Below are positions 45,963 to 55,159 of a DNA stretch of 64,000 nucleotides, piece by piece (the first letter of the stretch is position 1; every line of letters begins with the position of its first letter). Location: positions 19,696-83,695 of the forward strand of contig CAZUFC010000019.1 in assembly GCA_964619725.1 (NCBI GenBank). The letters run 5' to 3'. The notes below the pieces were generated by a model. It ran no database searches, was not told where the DNA came from, and was given only the letters and a program-made list of their open reading frames with translations. This DNA is from an uncultured bacterium. GTDB taxonomy: Bacteria; CSSED10-310; CAZUFC01. The position numbers and the translations under genes are program-made.

Positions 45963-48872
45963 CTATTTCCGATCAACGGCGGATCGAATGATCGAGAACA
46001 ATGTGAGGGACATGAAAACCATGAGGAGCATGGAGCCTGCGGGTGATGATGCGGGGATATTTAATGCAGTGGGAGTTGCTGAAGGGGAGGGAGTTTGGGG
46101 CGTCGGGGCCGGCGTTCCTGCTGTGGGCGAAGCCAGGGGAAAAAGGAAGCTGGTGTAGCTGCTGCCGTCGCATACGAAATCGATTTTGCCCTGTGAATTG
46201 ATGTAGTCGTATTCGTATAGTCCCGAATGGACGATGTAACTGAGAGCGTCGAAGTTTAACGGCCCGTCGAAATCGAAGCATGATACAGCGTTAATATCGC
46301 CGAAGAATTCAGCATCCAGGAAAACCGTGTCTCCGAATAACCCTTCGAGCAGGCCATGAGTGATTACATAGGGCAGTTCATGAAGGAATGTCAAAGCATC
46401 GCCGTAGCTTTCGATCAGATCGGCGTTGTCATCGAACACCGGGTAGTCGGAATTTACTTTTTTTTCATACGCTTTCCTGAAGCATTCAGAAACGGAAGCC
46501 AGTCCGTCGCCGTCCAGATCAAGCCCCAGTTCGATACCGTCGTATAAGCTGCTTTCGCAGTCATAACCGGGATATGCGGTCGAAGAGCCGAATTGCTCGC
46601 ATCCCTGATTCAAAGCCATGAAGAAATGCCTGATGAAATAATTTCCTGAAGATGTGTCATCTTCTTCCGCAGCGCCCATGGAAACCACGTAAGCGTTCGA
46701 TAAATCCCTCATGAATCCGCCCCCGAAACAGCTTTCCGTGAAGAAAATTTTAACGGCTTCCGGGTTTATCATGGCGAAAAGATCGGCCATTTCATCGTCG
46801 GTTATGGAGCCGGCGAAGCTCAGCGTTTCGTCGAAAGAGAGGTAGTCCGACCAGTCGCCGTCCAGGTTGTAGTCCATGTTGTCGGAGTATCCGTCATTGT
46901 CGGTATCAGTCGCTGAGGGGATGAGGTCTTCGGGATCGGCCGTCTGCGCCAGACAGGCGAGATAGAGCGGATCGGAATCGGAATCGAAACCGATCATATC
47001 GAGCGTGTCGTCAAGGGCCTTGTCCACCAGACAATAATACTTTCCGTTGACCGCGTAGTATGGGTGATATCCCTGTTCCAGGCTGTATGCATCGAACCAG
47101 TCGTCTTCGTCGAACGCCCAGGGCGACGAGGACATCAAAACGTCTCCGTCATCGTCCCAATCGCACAGATCGACTTCATCCTCCTCGATTATCGTGTTGC
47201 GGTTCAAATCGCATTGAGCGTAACTGATTATTTTTTCAATGTAAATATCGCTGTCCGATGCCGTGCCGCCGCCGATCAGAGGCAAATCGACGAAATGACT
47301 GACCAGCTTGAAGCGATAATAAGAATCACCGGCGCTGATGGCGAAAGGATAATATGTAAAACAGGGAACGAAAGTCTCCATACCTTTCGGTACGTAATCA
47401 TATTTAACGCAGTTTACCTGTCCGCTTTCGATGAATTCCGTCTTGAATTCGTCTTCCCGGTAGTCCGGATCGTCATATTGCTCCTCATCTATGGGCCCCT
47501 CATAAACCGCATCAGGCGATTTGCCGTTCCAGTAGGGTCGTCTGGTCCTGGGCCCGTAATAACCGCTTCCATGTCCGTCGAAAACGAATAAAAGTAAATC
47601 ATCATCGTCAATTTCCGAAGCCAGACCCGCAAACGTGTTCTCCAGCGTCGTTAAATCGCTCGTTCCGTCTATCCAGGACGGATCGAACTGAGTCAAACTG
47701 CCCGGTACATTCGTATCAGGCGTCAGCAATATGATCTCGGCATCCGTGAATCCATATTTATCCTGCAGCACGTGATACGCAAGATTAATGTCGATCCAGA
47801 ACCGCTCTTCCGCGCTGCCCAGAAAAAGAACAGCTCTGCGGTCTCTTATACCGTCTCCCTTGCCTGATTTCCCGCTCGATTTCGGCCTCCCCTTTCTATC
47901 GCTCCCATAAAGAAATGGATATATCTCCTTCCTGACCTCTTCAGGAGTCATTATCCTGTCCGTCACGTAAATATCAATCAAACTTTCCGTTTTCCCGTAA
48001 GCGTCTTCGACCAATATACCTGTGGGATGATTCCCGTAATCGCCGGCAATCCCTTCAATGAAAAAAGAATCCTTTTCCGGCTCTCCCGAAATTTCATACC
48101 TCCCGTCCCCGTCCATATCCAGATGATATACTCTTCCTTCTGCCGGACAGTCGCAAAAATCGATGTGTATCTCCTCTTTGAAATACTCTCCGGGTCTGAC
48201 GGCCAGAGACGATCTGTGATGCAAAAAAGGCTCCCTTTCCCGGCAAATCGCTCCCTGGACCGCTCTCGAAATGCCCGCTTCATGGAAAAATCGGCCGAAC
48301 GATTCCTGCAGCGATGAATAACGGCCATTCCCGTCCATACTGGAATATTCGATGATACGTCGGCCGTTGACGATGAAAAAGTGAGGCGCCCGCTCTACTC
48401 CGAACATATCGGCAACAGCCCCTTCGGGATCGACATATCTTTTGAATGCTGCATTCTCCGCCGGAAATGATTTTCTTAATTGCTCTGCAGAGTCTCCCAC
48501 AGCCACGAAGATAACTTCTGCACCTTCCGGTTCCTCAAACTCCTTCGAGGATATCCGGCTCAGCGCCTTTATTCCGGCAAGACAGCCAGGGCACCGAACA
48601 GAACCGAAAAACAAGAGCGTACGGGAATGAAACATTTCATCCGAAAAAACTTCTTCGCCGTTTAAATCTGTGAGCCGAAAACTTGGAATCGCTGCGCCTG
48701 CCTGCAGGGCCGCTTTATGCCCAATTTCGGCTGCTTTCCCCATCTCGCAATGCCGATATCCTGCTTCCGATGCAACCTCAAAAAGAATCCCCGCAATTAA
48801 ACAAAAGCAGAAACAAAAAATGCGAAACCTTGAAAAATAATGGGATGACTTCGGATTCATCATTCTTTTCAT
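45963..48872 (-). CDS. Surface-anchored thioredoxin-like (CPGC) + clan CD (C13/legumain-like) cysteine peptidase with IPTL-CTERM-like anchor
   Basis: Likely start at M47 (48872); TlpA/redoxin fold PSFRLTDLNG..RCPGC..APHFFIVN; dyad motifs FVFDGHG and FFTESCFGGGF; P/T linker; tail IPASSPAG-TM-RSAVDRK. Confidence 0.75.
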   Translation of the reverse strand: MKRMMNPKSSHYFSRFRIFCFCFCLIAGILFEVASEAGYRHCEMGKAAEIGHKAALQAGAAIPSFRLTDLNGEEVFSDEMFHSRTLLFFGSVRCPGCLAGIKALSRISSKEFEEPEGAEVIFVAVGDSAEQLRKSFPAENAAFKRYVDPEGAVADMFGVERAPHFFIVNGRRIIEYSSMDGNGRYSSLQESFGRFFHEAGISRAVQGAICREREPFLHHRSSLAVRPGEYFKEEIHIDFCDCPAEGRVYHLDMDGDGRYEISGEPEKDSFFIEGIAGDYGNHPTGILVEDAYGKTESLIDIYVTDRIMTPEEVRKEIYPFLYGSDRKGRPKSSGKSGKGDGIRDRRAVLFLGSAEERFWIDINLAYHVLQDKYGFTDAEIILLTPDTNVPGSLTQFDPSWIDGTSDLTTLENTFAGLASEIDDDDLLLFVFDGHGSGYYGPRTRRPYWNGKSPDAVYEGPIDEEQYDDPDYREDEFKTEFIESGQVNCVKYDYVPKGMETFVPCFTYYPFAISAGDSYYRFKLVSHFVDLPLIGGGTASDSDIYIEKIISYAQCDLNRNTIIEEDEVDLCDWDDDGDVLMSSSPWAFDEDDWFDAYSLEQGYHPYYAVNGKYYCLVDKALDDTLDMIGFDSDSDPLYLACLAQTADPEDLIPSATDTDNDGYSDNMDYNLDGDWSDYLSFDETLSFAGSITDDEMADLFAMINPEAVKIFFTESCFGGGFMRDLSNAYVVSMGAAEEDDTSSGNYFIRHFFMALNQGCEQFGSSTAYPGYDCESSLYDGIELGLDLDGDGLASVSECFRKAYEKKVNSDYPVFDDNADLIESYGDALTFLHELPYVITHGLLEGLFGDTVFLDAEFFGDINAVSCFDFDGPLNFDALSYIVHSGLYEYDYINSQGKIDFVCDGSSYTSFLFPLASPTAGTPAPTPQTPSPSATPTALNIPASSPAGSMLLMVFMSLTLFSIIRSAVDRK

Positions 48873-48986
48873 AATTTTCTTACTCTCTTCCTGGCTGATG
48901 ATTTTAATCGTCGTTGACACAGTCCATATACTATTATTTAAGGAAAATATTTGTAAAAAACAAGGATTACTTGCGAAAAAGCGCCT

Positions 48987-49015
48987 TTGACATTTCATGG
49001 AATGATTCATAATTT
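48987..49015 (+). promoter_or_regulatory. Candidate sigma70 promoter for the iron ABC operon
   Basis: TTGACA-N17-TAATTT. Confidence 0.35.
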
Positions 49016-49110
49016 TATGAGGAGAAATTTCGTTTTTGGATCGGCGAATTTTCGGTTTAAATTGAACGAACCGATTACACGAAAAAACTTTTAAAGGGAG
49101 GTCAAGAAGT

Positions 49111-50151
49111 ATGAAAACGAAAAAACCGGTCAGTTTTTATTTCGCATTGATTACCGTGACGGCGCTGTTTCTTGTGATTTTTTCATGTTCGACGTCGAAG
49201 CAGCCGGAGCAGGAAGAAGTGGTTGTTTACACGTCAGTGGACCAGATATTTTCCGAGCCGATATTGAAGGAATTTGAGCAGAAAACGGGAATAAAAATGC
49301 ATCCTGTGTTCGATACGGAAGCCTCGAAGACGACAGGACTGGTGAACCGTTTAATAGCGGAAAAGTCGAATCCCCAGGCTGACGTATTCTGGAACAGCGA
49401 GATAACCCGAACATTGACGTTGAAGAAGAAGGGCGTATTGGCTCCGTACAGTTCGCCTGCGGCTGCCGATCTGCCGAAATCTTTCGTCGATCCTGAAGGG
49501 TATTGGGCCGGTTTCGCGACCAGGGCCCGCGTCATTATTTACAACACGGATTTAATGAAGGAGATGGAACCGCCTCAGTCCATCCTGGACCTCACGGACC
49601 CCAAATGGAAAGGGAAGGCGGTCATGGCGACGCCTTTATTCGGGACCACCGCAACGCATGCCGCTGTTCTGTTCGCGGAATGGGGAGCGGAAAAAGCGAA
49701 GGATTACTTTTTAAAAGTCAAGGAAAACGACGTCGGCATGCTTCCCGGAAACTCAAACGTCAGGGACCGCGTGGCTGCCGGACAGGCGGCATTCGGAATG
49801 ACCGATACCGACGATGTGAACGTGGCTTTTGAAAAAGACCTGCCGGTAGAATGGGTCTTTCCCGATCAGGAAGGCATGGGAACGCTCGTTATTCCCAATA
49901 CCGTGGCCCTTATTAAAGGCGCTCCGCACCCGGAAACCGCAAAGAAAGTGATCGATTATCTCCTGAGTCCTGAAGTGGAAGCGAAACTCGCTCAGTCAGA
50001 ATCAGTAAATATTCCACTGCGTCCGGAAGTAAAGCCGCCGGAAAGGGTTCCCGATCTGAATACTCTTAAGCTGATGGAAGTCGATTTTGAGAAGGCCGCG
50101 GAAAAAATGGACGAAACGGCGGAATTCATCAGGGATACTTTTTTAGATTAA
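49111..50151 (+). CDS. Fe3+-type (FbpA/AfuA-like) ABC transporter substrate-binding lipoprotein
   Basis: Lipobox IFSC; VVVYTS, FEQKTGI, RLIAEKSNPQADVFW, RARVIIYN motifs. Confidence 0.85.
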   Translation: MKTKKPVSFYFALITVTALFLVIFSCSTSKQPEQEEVVVYTSVDQIFSEPILKEFEQKTGIKMHPVFDTEASKTTGLVNRLIAEKSNPQADVFWNSEITRTLTLKKKGVLAPYSSPAAADLPKSFVDPEGYWAGFATRARVIIYNTDLMKEMEPPQSILDLTDPKWKGKAVMATPLFGTTATHAAVLFAEWGAEKAKDYFLKVKENDVGMLPGNSNVRDRVAAGQAAFGMTDTDDVNVAFEKDLPVEWVFPDQEGMGTLVIPNTVALIKGAPHPETAKKVIDYLLSPEVEAKLAQSESVNIPLRPEVKPPERVPDLNTLKLMEVDFEKAAEKMDETAEFIRDTFLD

Positions 50152-50244
50152 TGTGCGGCCTCAAGCAACGCGTCAGCGAGCAGCGAAGCTTAAAAGCGAC
50201 AGAATACGGATGGAAACAGGATTGATTACAGCGAGCATCGTAAT

Positions 50245-51840
50245 TTGACCAGGACGACAGCGAAAAAAATAAATATTGCCGTTCTTGTGCTTATTCTGGG
50301 AATCATCGTCATATTGCCCCTGTTCATTATGGTCTTTAGGACCCTGCTGACTCCGGGGGGACTCGAAGCTTTTCTGGAACTTTTCCATACTAAAAGGCCC
50401 TGGAGGCTTTTCCTGAGAAGCCTCATCCTTTCCGTATCAGCAGGCGTTGCCGCTGTAGTCGCCGGGCTTTTTACCGCGTTTTTCATAGAATTGTCGGATT
50501 CCCGCGCCGCCAGAATATGTTCGGTCCTGAGCTGGTTTCCGCTGCTCATTCCTCCCTACCTGCACGCCATAGCCTGGATCACCGTTCTGGGAGGAGGACT
50601 CTTCAGACCGACCGATATGAAAGACGTTTCGACTCTGTCAGGCAATTTTTTTTCTATCTACGGTCTGGGCGGCGTCATTTTCGTCATGACCCTGGCGTTT
50701 TATCCTGTCGCCACGGAAATTATCCGGGCCGGCTTAAGGTCCATCAATTCCTCTCTGTGGGAATCGGCTCTGCTGCAGCAATCGCCTTTCAAAGTATTAC
50801 GGCATATTGTCCTGGCACTCCTGAAACCCTTTCTTTTCGGCGCCGGACTCATTATTTTCATCCTTTCGCTGGGCGAATACGGGGTCCCCTCATTGTTGTC
50901 GGTCAATACCTATCCGGTTGAAATATTCAGCCGCTTCAGCGCGTTCTACGACGAACAGGCCGCTGTGAACGCTTCACTGCCGTTGACTTTTACGGGAGTC
51001 GCCGCGGTGGTCTTCCTTTATCTTCTGATGAAAAACAGGTCCTACTTCACGTTTCAAAGGAATCCAGGCAGCTTGAAAAGGCTGCCTTCGCCATTACCCA
51101 GGGCCGTTCTGGGAATAGTCGCTTTCGCATTGACAGGCGCTGGAGCGGTCGTTCCCCTGATCTCCCTGATCGCAGAAGCCGCTCAATCCTCCGACCTCAT
51201 CGCCGGCATTAATGCCGCCCGAAAAGCGCTTGTTTATACCTTTCAGGTTTCCTTGCCCGCCTCCGTCTTCATCGTTATTCTCGCGCTTTTTACCGGTTAT
51301 ACGCTCTCCTTCGCTCAAGGATTCCGCCTTAATGCGCTCAAACTCATGTCCGTCCTTCCCCTGGCCTTCCCTGGTACGGCCTTCGGCATCGGCCTGATCT
51401 ACGCCTGGAACAATCCCGTCACCAATCCCGTATACGCAAGCTCGTTCATACTCCTCATCCTCTATGCCGGCAGATTCTTCCCCTTCGTCTTCCTTATCCT
51501 CTCCGCCGCATTCAGACAAATCAACAGACATCTCCTGGATGCCGCCCATCTCCACTCACCCTCCGCTTTCACCAGAATAAGAAAAATCGTCGTCCCTCTC
51601 ACACGAAGAGGCATAGTTACAGCCTTCATCACGGCCTGGATACTCTGCTTCAGAGAACTGAGCGGAACTCTGCTGGTCATACCTCCGGGTAATGAAACCG
51701 TCTCGATTCGTATTTATTCCCTCATGCATTACGGAGCATCCGAAATGGTCTCCATGCTAGGCATAGTTCAAATGCTCGTCATGCTCCTCCCTATAGCGGC
51801 CGCCATGCTGTTTCTCCGCTTCAGCCAACTTAAAACGTAA
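50245..51840 (+). CDS. Fe3+-type ABC transporter permease (FbpB-like, two EAA repeats)
   Basis: LLIPPYL, SLWESA, EYGVPSLL, HLLDAA, RELSGTLLV; duplicated TM architecture. Confidence 0.85.
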   Translation: MTRTTAKKINIAVLVLILGIIVILPLFIMVFRTLLTPGGLEAFLELFHTKRPWRLFLRSLILSVSAGVAAVVAGLFTAFFIELSDSRAARICSVLSWFPLLIPPYLHAIAWITVLGGGLFRPTDMKDVSTLSGNFFSIYGLGGVIFVMTLAFYPVATEIIRAGLRSINSSLWESALLQQSPFKVLRHIVLALLKPFLFGAGLIIFILSLGEYGVPSLLSVNTYPVEIFSRFSAFYDEQAAVNASLPLTFTGVAAVVFLYLLMKNRSYFTFQRNPGSLKRLPSPLPRAVLGIVAFALTGAGAVVPLISLIAEAAQSSDLIAGINAARKALVYTFQVSLPASVFIVILALFTGYTLSFAQGFRLNALKLMSVLPLAFPGTAFGIGLIYAWNNPVTNPVYASSFILLILYAGRFFPFVFLILSAAFRQINRHLLDAAHLHSPSAFTRIRKIVVPLTRRGIVTAFITAWILCFRELSGTLLVIPPGNETVSIRIYSLMHYGASEMVSMLGIVQMLVMLLPIAAAMLFLRFSQLKT

Positions 51841-51854
51841 AAACGGACAGCAAA

Positions 51855-52568
51855 ATGATTCAATTGCAGAATATCAGCAAATCTTACGGAAAAAAAACGA
51901 TATTGAATAACCTCAACCTCACGGTCAACCCAGGTGAACTGACCGTCCTTTTCGGTCCTTCGGGCAGCGGAAAAAGCACGTTGCTCATGATCATCGCCGG
52001 TCTCCTCGAACCCGACCGGGGAAGCGTCGTCATCAACGATAAGACATGCACCGACGGAAACTTCAGCATACCGCCCTACGAAAGAAAAATAGGCATGGTC
52101 TTTCAGGACCTCGCCCTCTGGCCTCACATGACCGCAAAAGAGAATATACGCTTCGGCCTGCGAAAGAAACATTGGGATCGAAACCGGCAGCAAGAACGCA
52201 TCGAAGAAGTCCTTGACGCGGTTAAGCTGAATCCCGGCAAACGGTATCCCGATCAGTTGTCAGGAGGTGAACAACAACGCCTGGCCATAGCAAGAGCCCT
52301 GGCGCCCAAACCACGGATGCTTCTCCTGGACGAACCCCTGGCCAACCTGGACCACAGACTCATACGATCACTCACTCCCCTGATCAGAACCCTGACGAAA
52401 AAAGAAGGCGTCACGGCAGTTTACGTCACGCACCACCCCAATGAAGCGGAAGCCCTCGCCGATAACGTTGCCGTAATATATGACGGAACCATACACCAGT
52501 CAGGACCGCTCGATGAACTCAAAACAAATCCGGCCACGGACTTCGTTGCTGAATACATGAGGTTTTGA
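51855..52568 (+). CDS. ABC transporter ATP-binding protein (FbpC/PotA-like)
   Basis: GPSGSGKST, VFQDLALWPHMT, LSGGEQQR, LLLDEP. Confidence 0.93.
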   Translation: MIQLQNISKSYGKKTILNNLNLTVNPGELTVLFGPSGSGKSTLLMIIAGLLEPDRGSVVINDKTCTDGNFSIPPYERKIGMVFQDLALWPHMTAKENIRFGLRKKHWDRNRQQERIEEVLDAVKLNPGKRYPDQLSGGEQQRLAIARALAPKPRMLLLDEPLANLDHRLIRSLTPLIRTLTKKEGVTAVYVTHHPNEAEALADNVAVIYDGTIHQSGPLDELKTNPATDFVAEYMRF

Positions 52569-52675
52569 AGAAGGGGAGGAGGGAAGATTGGAAGAATGGA
52601 AGGATGGAAGGATTGGAAGATTGGATGGGTGGAAGAAGGGAAGAATGTGAGAAGTGAAAGAATGGGAGGACGGTT
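52568..52675 (+). repeat. Purine-rich ~8-mer tandem repeat (GGAAGAAT/GGAAGGAT/GGAAGATT)
   Basis: Directly visible; a similar degenerate tract lies at ~45645-45750. Confidence 0.7.
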
Positions 52676-52800
52676 GGTAGTTTGGTAGATCGACAGGAGG
52701 TTTTTATTATGATTCAGCAAACTCCTTTTCTGTGCAACCCCTTGACTGCATCCTTAAGTTTGCAGCCCCTGCGCCTGCTTCAATTTTCCACGTCCAGGAC

Positions 52801-53089
52801 GTGATCTATGTTTCATTTCACCTGTGTCTGTCACCAATTTCCACGTCCCGCCCGTGCTCCATGTTTTCATTCCCCCCGTGTGTTTCGCAAGTTTCCCGTT
52901 CCAGCGCGTGCTCCATGTTTTCATTCCCTCCGTGTGTTTCGCAAGTTTCCCGTTCCAGCGCGTGCTCCATGTTTTCAATCCCTCCGTGTGTTTCGCAAGT
53001 TTCCACGTTCCGCGCCTATCCCATGTTTCCATCCCCCCGCGCGTGTCCTATCTTTCCATCCCCCCGCTTGCGGGGGGACAAAGGGGGGG
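52801..53089 (+). repeat. 54-bp tandem repeat (3 near-perfect units plus degenerate flanks) ending in a REP-like hairpin
   Basis: Units start at 52853, 52907, 52961 (cgtgctccatgttttca.tccc.ccgtgtgtttcgcaagtttcc..); hairpin CCCCCCGC-TT-GCGGGGGG at 53060-53077. Confidence 0.85.
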
Positions 53090-53227
53090 CCTTCATATCA
53101 TTCAGAAAATCTTTCCCATCACTTTTACACTGAATTTTCAGCTTTCGATGACGAAATCTTCACTTATATATTTACAAATTTAGGTCAGCGAACTCTTGTC
53201 AGGAACAATGATTTAAACTAAGCATAT

Positions 53228-55159
53228 ATGATGAACAAAATCGAAGAAAAACATCAGTTAAGCCCCAGGCAGAGAGCGCTTGCCTGCTCGCTTGTTTTTT
53301 TATCTGTTTTTTTCATTTATGTGGTCTGCTGCACGCCTGATCTTTCCCTGGGAGACGGCGGCGAACTGACGGCTGCAGCCTGGAGCCTGGGGAGCGCACA
53401 TCCGCCGGGTTATCCCGGATGGTGTTTGGCGACGCGAGCTTTCACATTTCTGCCGTTCGCTAATGCGGCTCATCGTGCCGCCCTGGGTTCTGCATTCTTC
53501 GCTGCGCTTGCCGTCAGCATCCTGTTTTTAATCTTCTCAAATTACTGTTTTCATTGGGCGCCGGCGCTGGGGGCAGCGCTTCTGATAGCCGCAGACCGGG
53601 TTTTCTGGTCCCAGGCCGTTATAATTGAAGTATACGCCTTAAATGCCTCCTTGACCGTTCTTCTGATTCTGCTGCTTTTTAACTGGGAAAGGAGCCGGGA
53701 TGCCCGCTACGGATACGCCGCCGCTTTTCTGTTCGGACTGGGGTTGACCAATCATCAGACCTTACTCGTTTTTTTATTTTCAGTGATCGTCCTGGTCGTT
53801 TTTGAATTTTTCAAACGAAGGATAAGGTTCGTTCCCTCGAAGTTTTTAATCCTTTTTCTGTTTTTCCTGGCCGGTTTTTCCATATACCTCTTCCTACCGA
53901 TAAGAGCGGCACGAGCCCCCGCCATGAACTGGGGCATACCTGACAATGCAGCAGCGTTCGTCAAGCATGTCACTCGTTCTCAGTACGGCGGGTTCTATCT
54001 CCGGCGCATGAAGCAATTGCTGAAAACTGGTCCGGAATTCCTTACCGTCGTCCGCAATCAATTTCCTTTTTTTCTCTTTCTATTGCCGCTATATGGTTTT
54101 TTAGTTGCTCCGGCTCAAAACAGGCGAATGTCTCACCGCTTTTTTACCGCTTTTATCATACTGGGACCATTTTATCTGCTGGCATTAACCGGTCTTCTTT
54201 TCGGAGAACAACTGCTGGAAATAGACGTTTACTTCATCCCGTCATTCATCTGTTTTGCCGCGGGTATTCTGGTCGCTTTCAACCGTTTCACCTTCTACCC
54301 CGATAAAATAAAAAAATGGGCGCTGCCCCTTTTAAGCCTCTGGCTCGCATTCGGTATCGGTTACAACCTGGTCTGGGGTCTTCAACACGTTAATGAAAGC
54401 AAAAATTACCTCACCCCGGACTACGGCAAGGAGATGCTGCGCGAACTGAATCGCAATTCAGCGGTATATGCCCAGGGCGATTACGAATTTTTCTCTGCAG
54501 CCTACCTCCAGTCAATCGAAAACTACAGAACGGACGTTATTGTAATGGATGCCAATGTGCCTGAAGGTCCGGACATTTTCGGATATGTCAGAGACATCCC
54601 GGCCGGCGTTACGCTCTACGCAACGAACAAACTTTCTTCTCTAGGACAATACGCCTATACGCCGGAGATGTTCTCCTATCACATCGACGGCCCGCCCTCC
54701 TTCGATATCGGTTCATTCTGGGAATATTTAAGGTCCCGGCTGATCCAACCTCATGAAAAAGCGACCGATCACTATTTTGAAAAAATGATATGGAGCAATG
54801 TTTTCTTTTTTAAAGCCGCCAGACTGCTCTACCTGGGAAAACAGGACGGCCTGAAGGATGCCCTCAAGGGCGTTGAAGTTTCTCAGGATATACCTCAAAC
54901 CCTGAACAACTTCGCCAGTATGCTTGCGGAGCATGATTTTCTGGATCATGCCGTCGCCGCATGGCGTCAGGCCGTGGAAATAGACCCCCATTACGTTAAA
55001 GCGCTGAATAATCTCGGTATCGTCATGAAAAAACAGGGCGAAAGAATTCGATCCGTCGAATACTGGGAAAGATCGCTTTTGATTGAACCCGGTCAGATCA
55101 GGGTCAGAAACTGGATCATTAAAACCCTGACGCAACCCACCGAGGAGCTGACGGAATGA
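53228..55159 (+). CDS. DUF2723/TMEM260-like GT-C glycosyltransferase with C-terminal TPRs
   Basis: GDGGELTAAAWSLGSAHPPGYP, FWSQAVIIEVYAL, GLTNHQT, YLFLPIRA, NWG; TPR tail. Confidence 0.85.
   Translation: MMNKIEEKHQLSPRQRALACSLVFLSVFFIYVVCCTPDLSLGDGGELTAAAWSLGSAHPPGYPGWCLATRAFTFLPFANAAHRAALGSAFFAALAVSILFLIFSNYCFHWAPALGAALLIAADRVFWSQAVIIEVYALNASLTVLLILLLFNWERSRDARYGYAAAFLFGLGLTNHQTLLVFLFSVIVLVVFEFFKRRIRFVPSKFLILFLFFLAGFSIYLFLPIRAARAPAMNWGIPDNAAAFVKHVTRSQYGGFYLRRMKQLLKTGPEFLTVVRNQFPFFLFLLPLYGFLVAPAQNRRMSHRFFTAFIILGPFYLLALTGLLFGEQLLEIDVYFIPSFICFAAGILVAFNRFTFYPDKIKKWALPLLSLWLAFGIGYNLVWGLQHVNESKNYLTPDYGKEMLRELNRNSAVYAQGDYEFFSAAYLQSIENYRTDVIVMDANVPEGPDIFGYVRDIPAGVTLYATNKLSSLGQYAYTPEMFSYHIDGPPSFDIGSFWEYLRSRLIQPHEKATDHYFEKMIWSNVFFFKAARLLYLGKQDGLKDALKGVEVSQDIPQTLNNFASMLAEHDFLDHAVAAWRQAVEIDPHYVKALNNLGIVMKKQGERIRSVEYWERSLLIEPGQIRVRNWIIKTLTQPTEELTE

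Noticed and set aside
48873-49010. N-terminal 46 aa of the 1015-aa ORF
   Set aside because: Overlaps the AT-rich divergent promoter region; the signal-peptide-like segment fits a start near 48872
52801-53040. Possible CRISPR array
   Set aside because: The 54-bp units are contiguous and near-identical with no unique spacers, and there are no cas genes in the window
52732-53221. Five overlapping repetitive ORFs
   Set aside because: A 54-bp unit (multiple of 3) keeps several frames open; artefact of the VNTR
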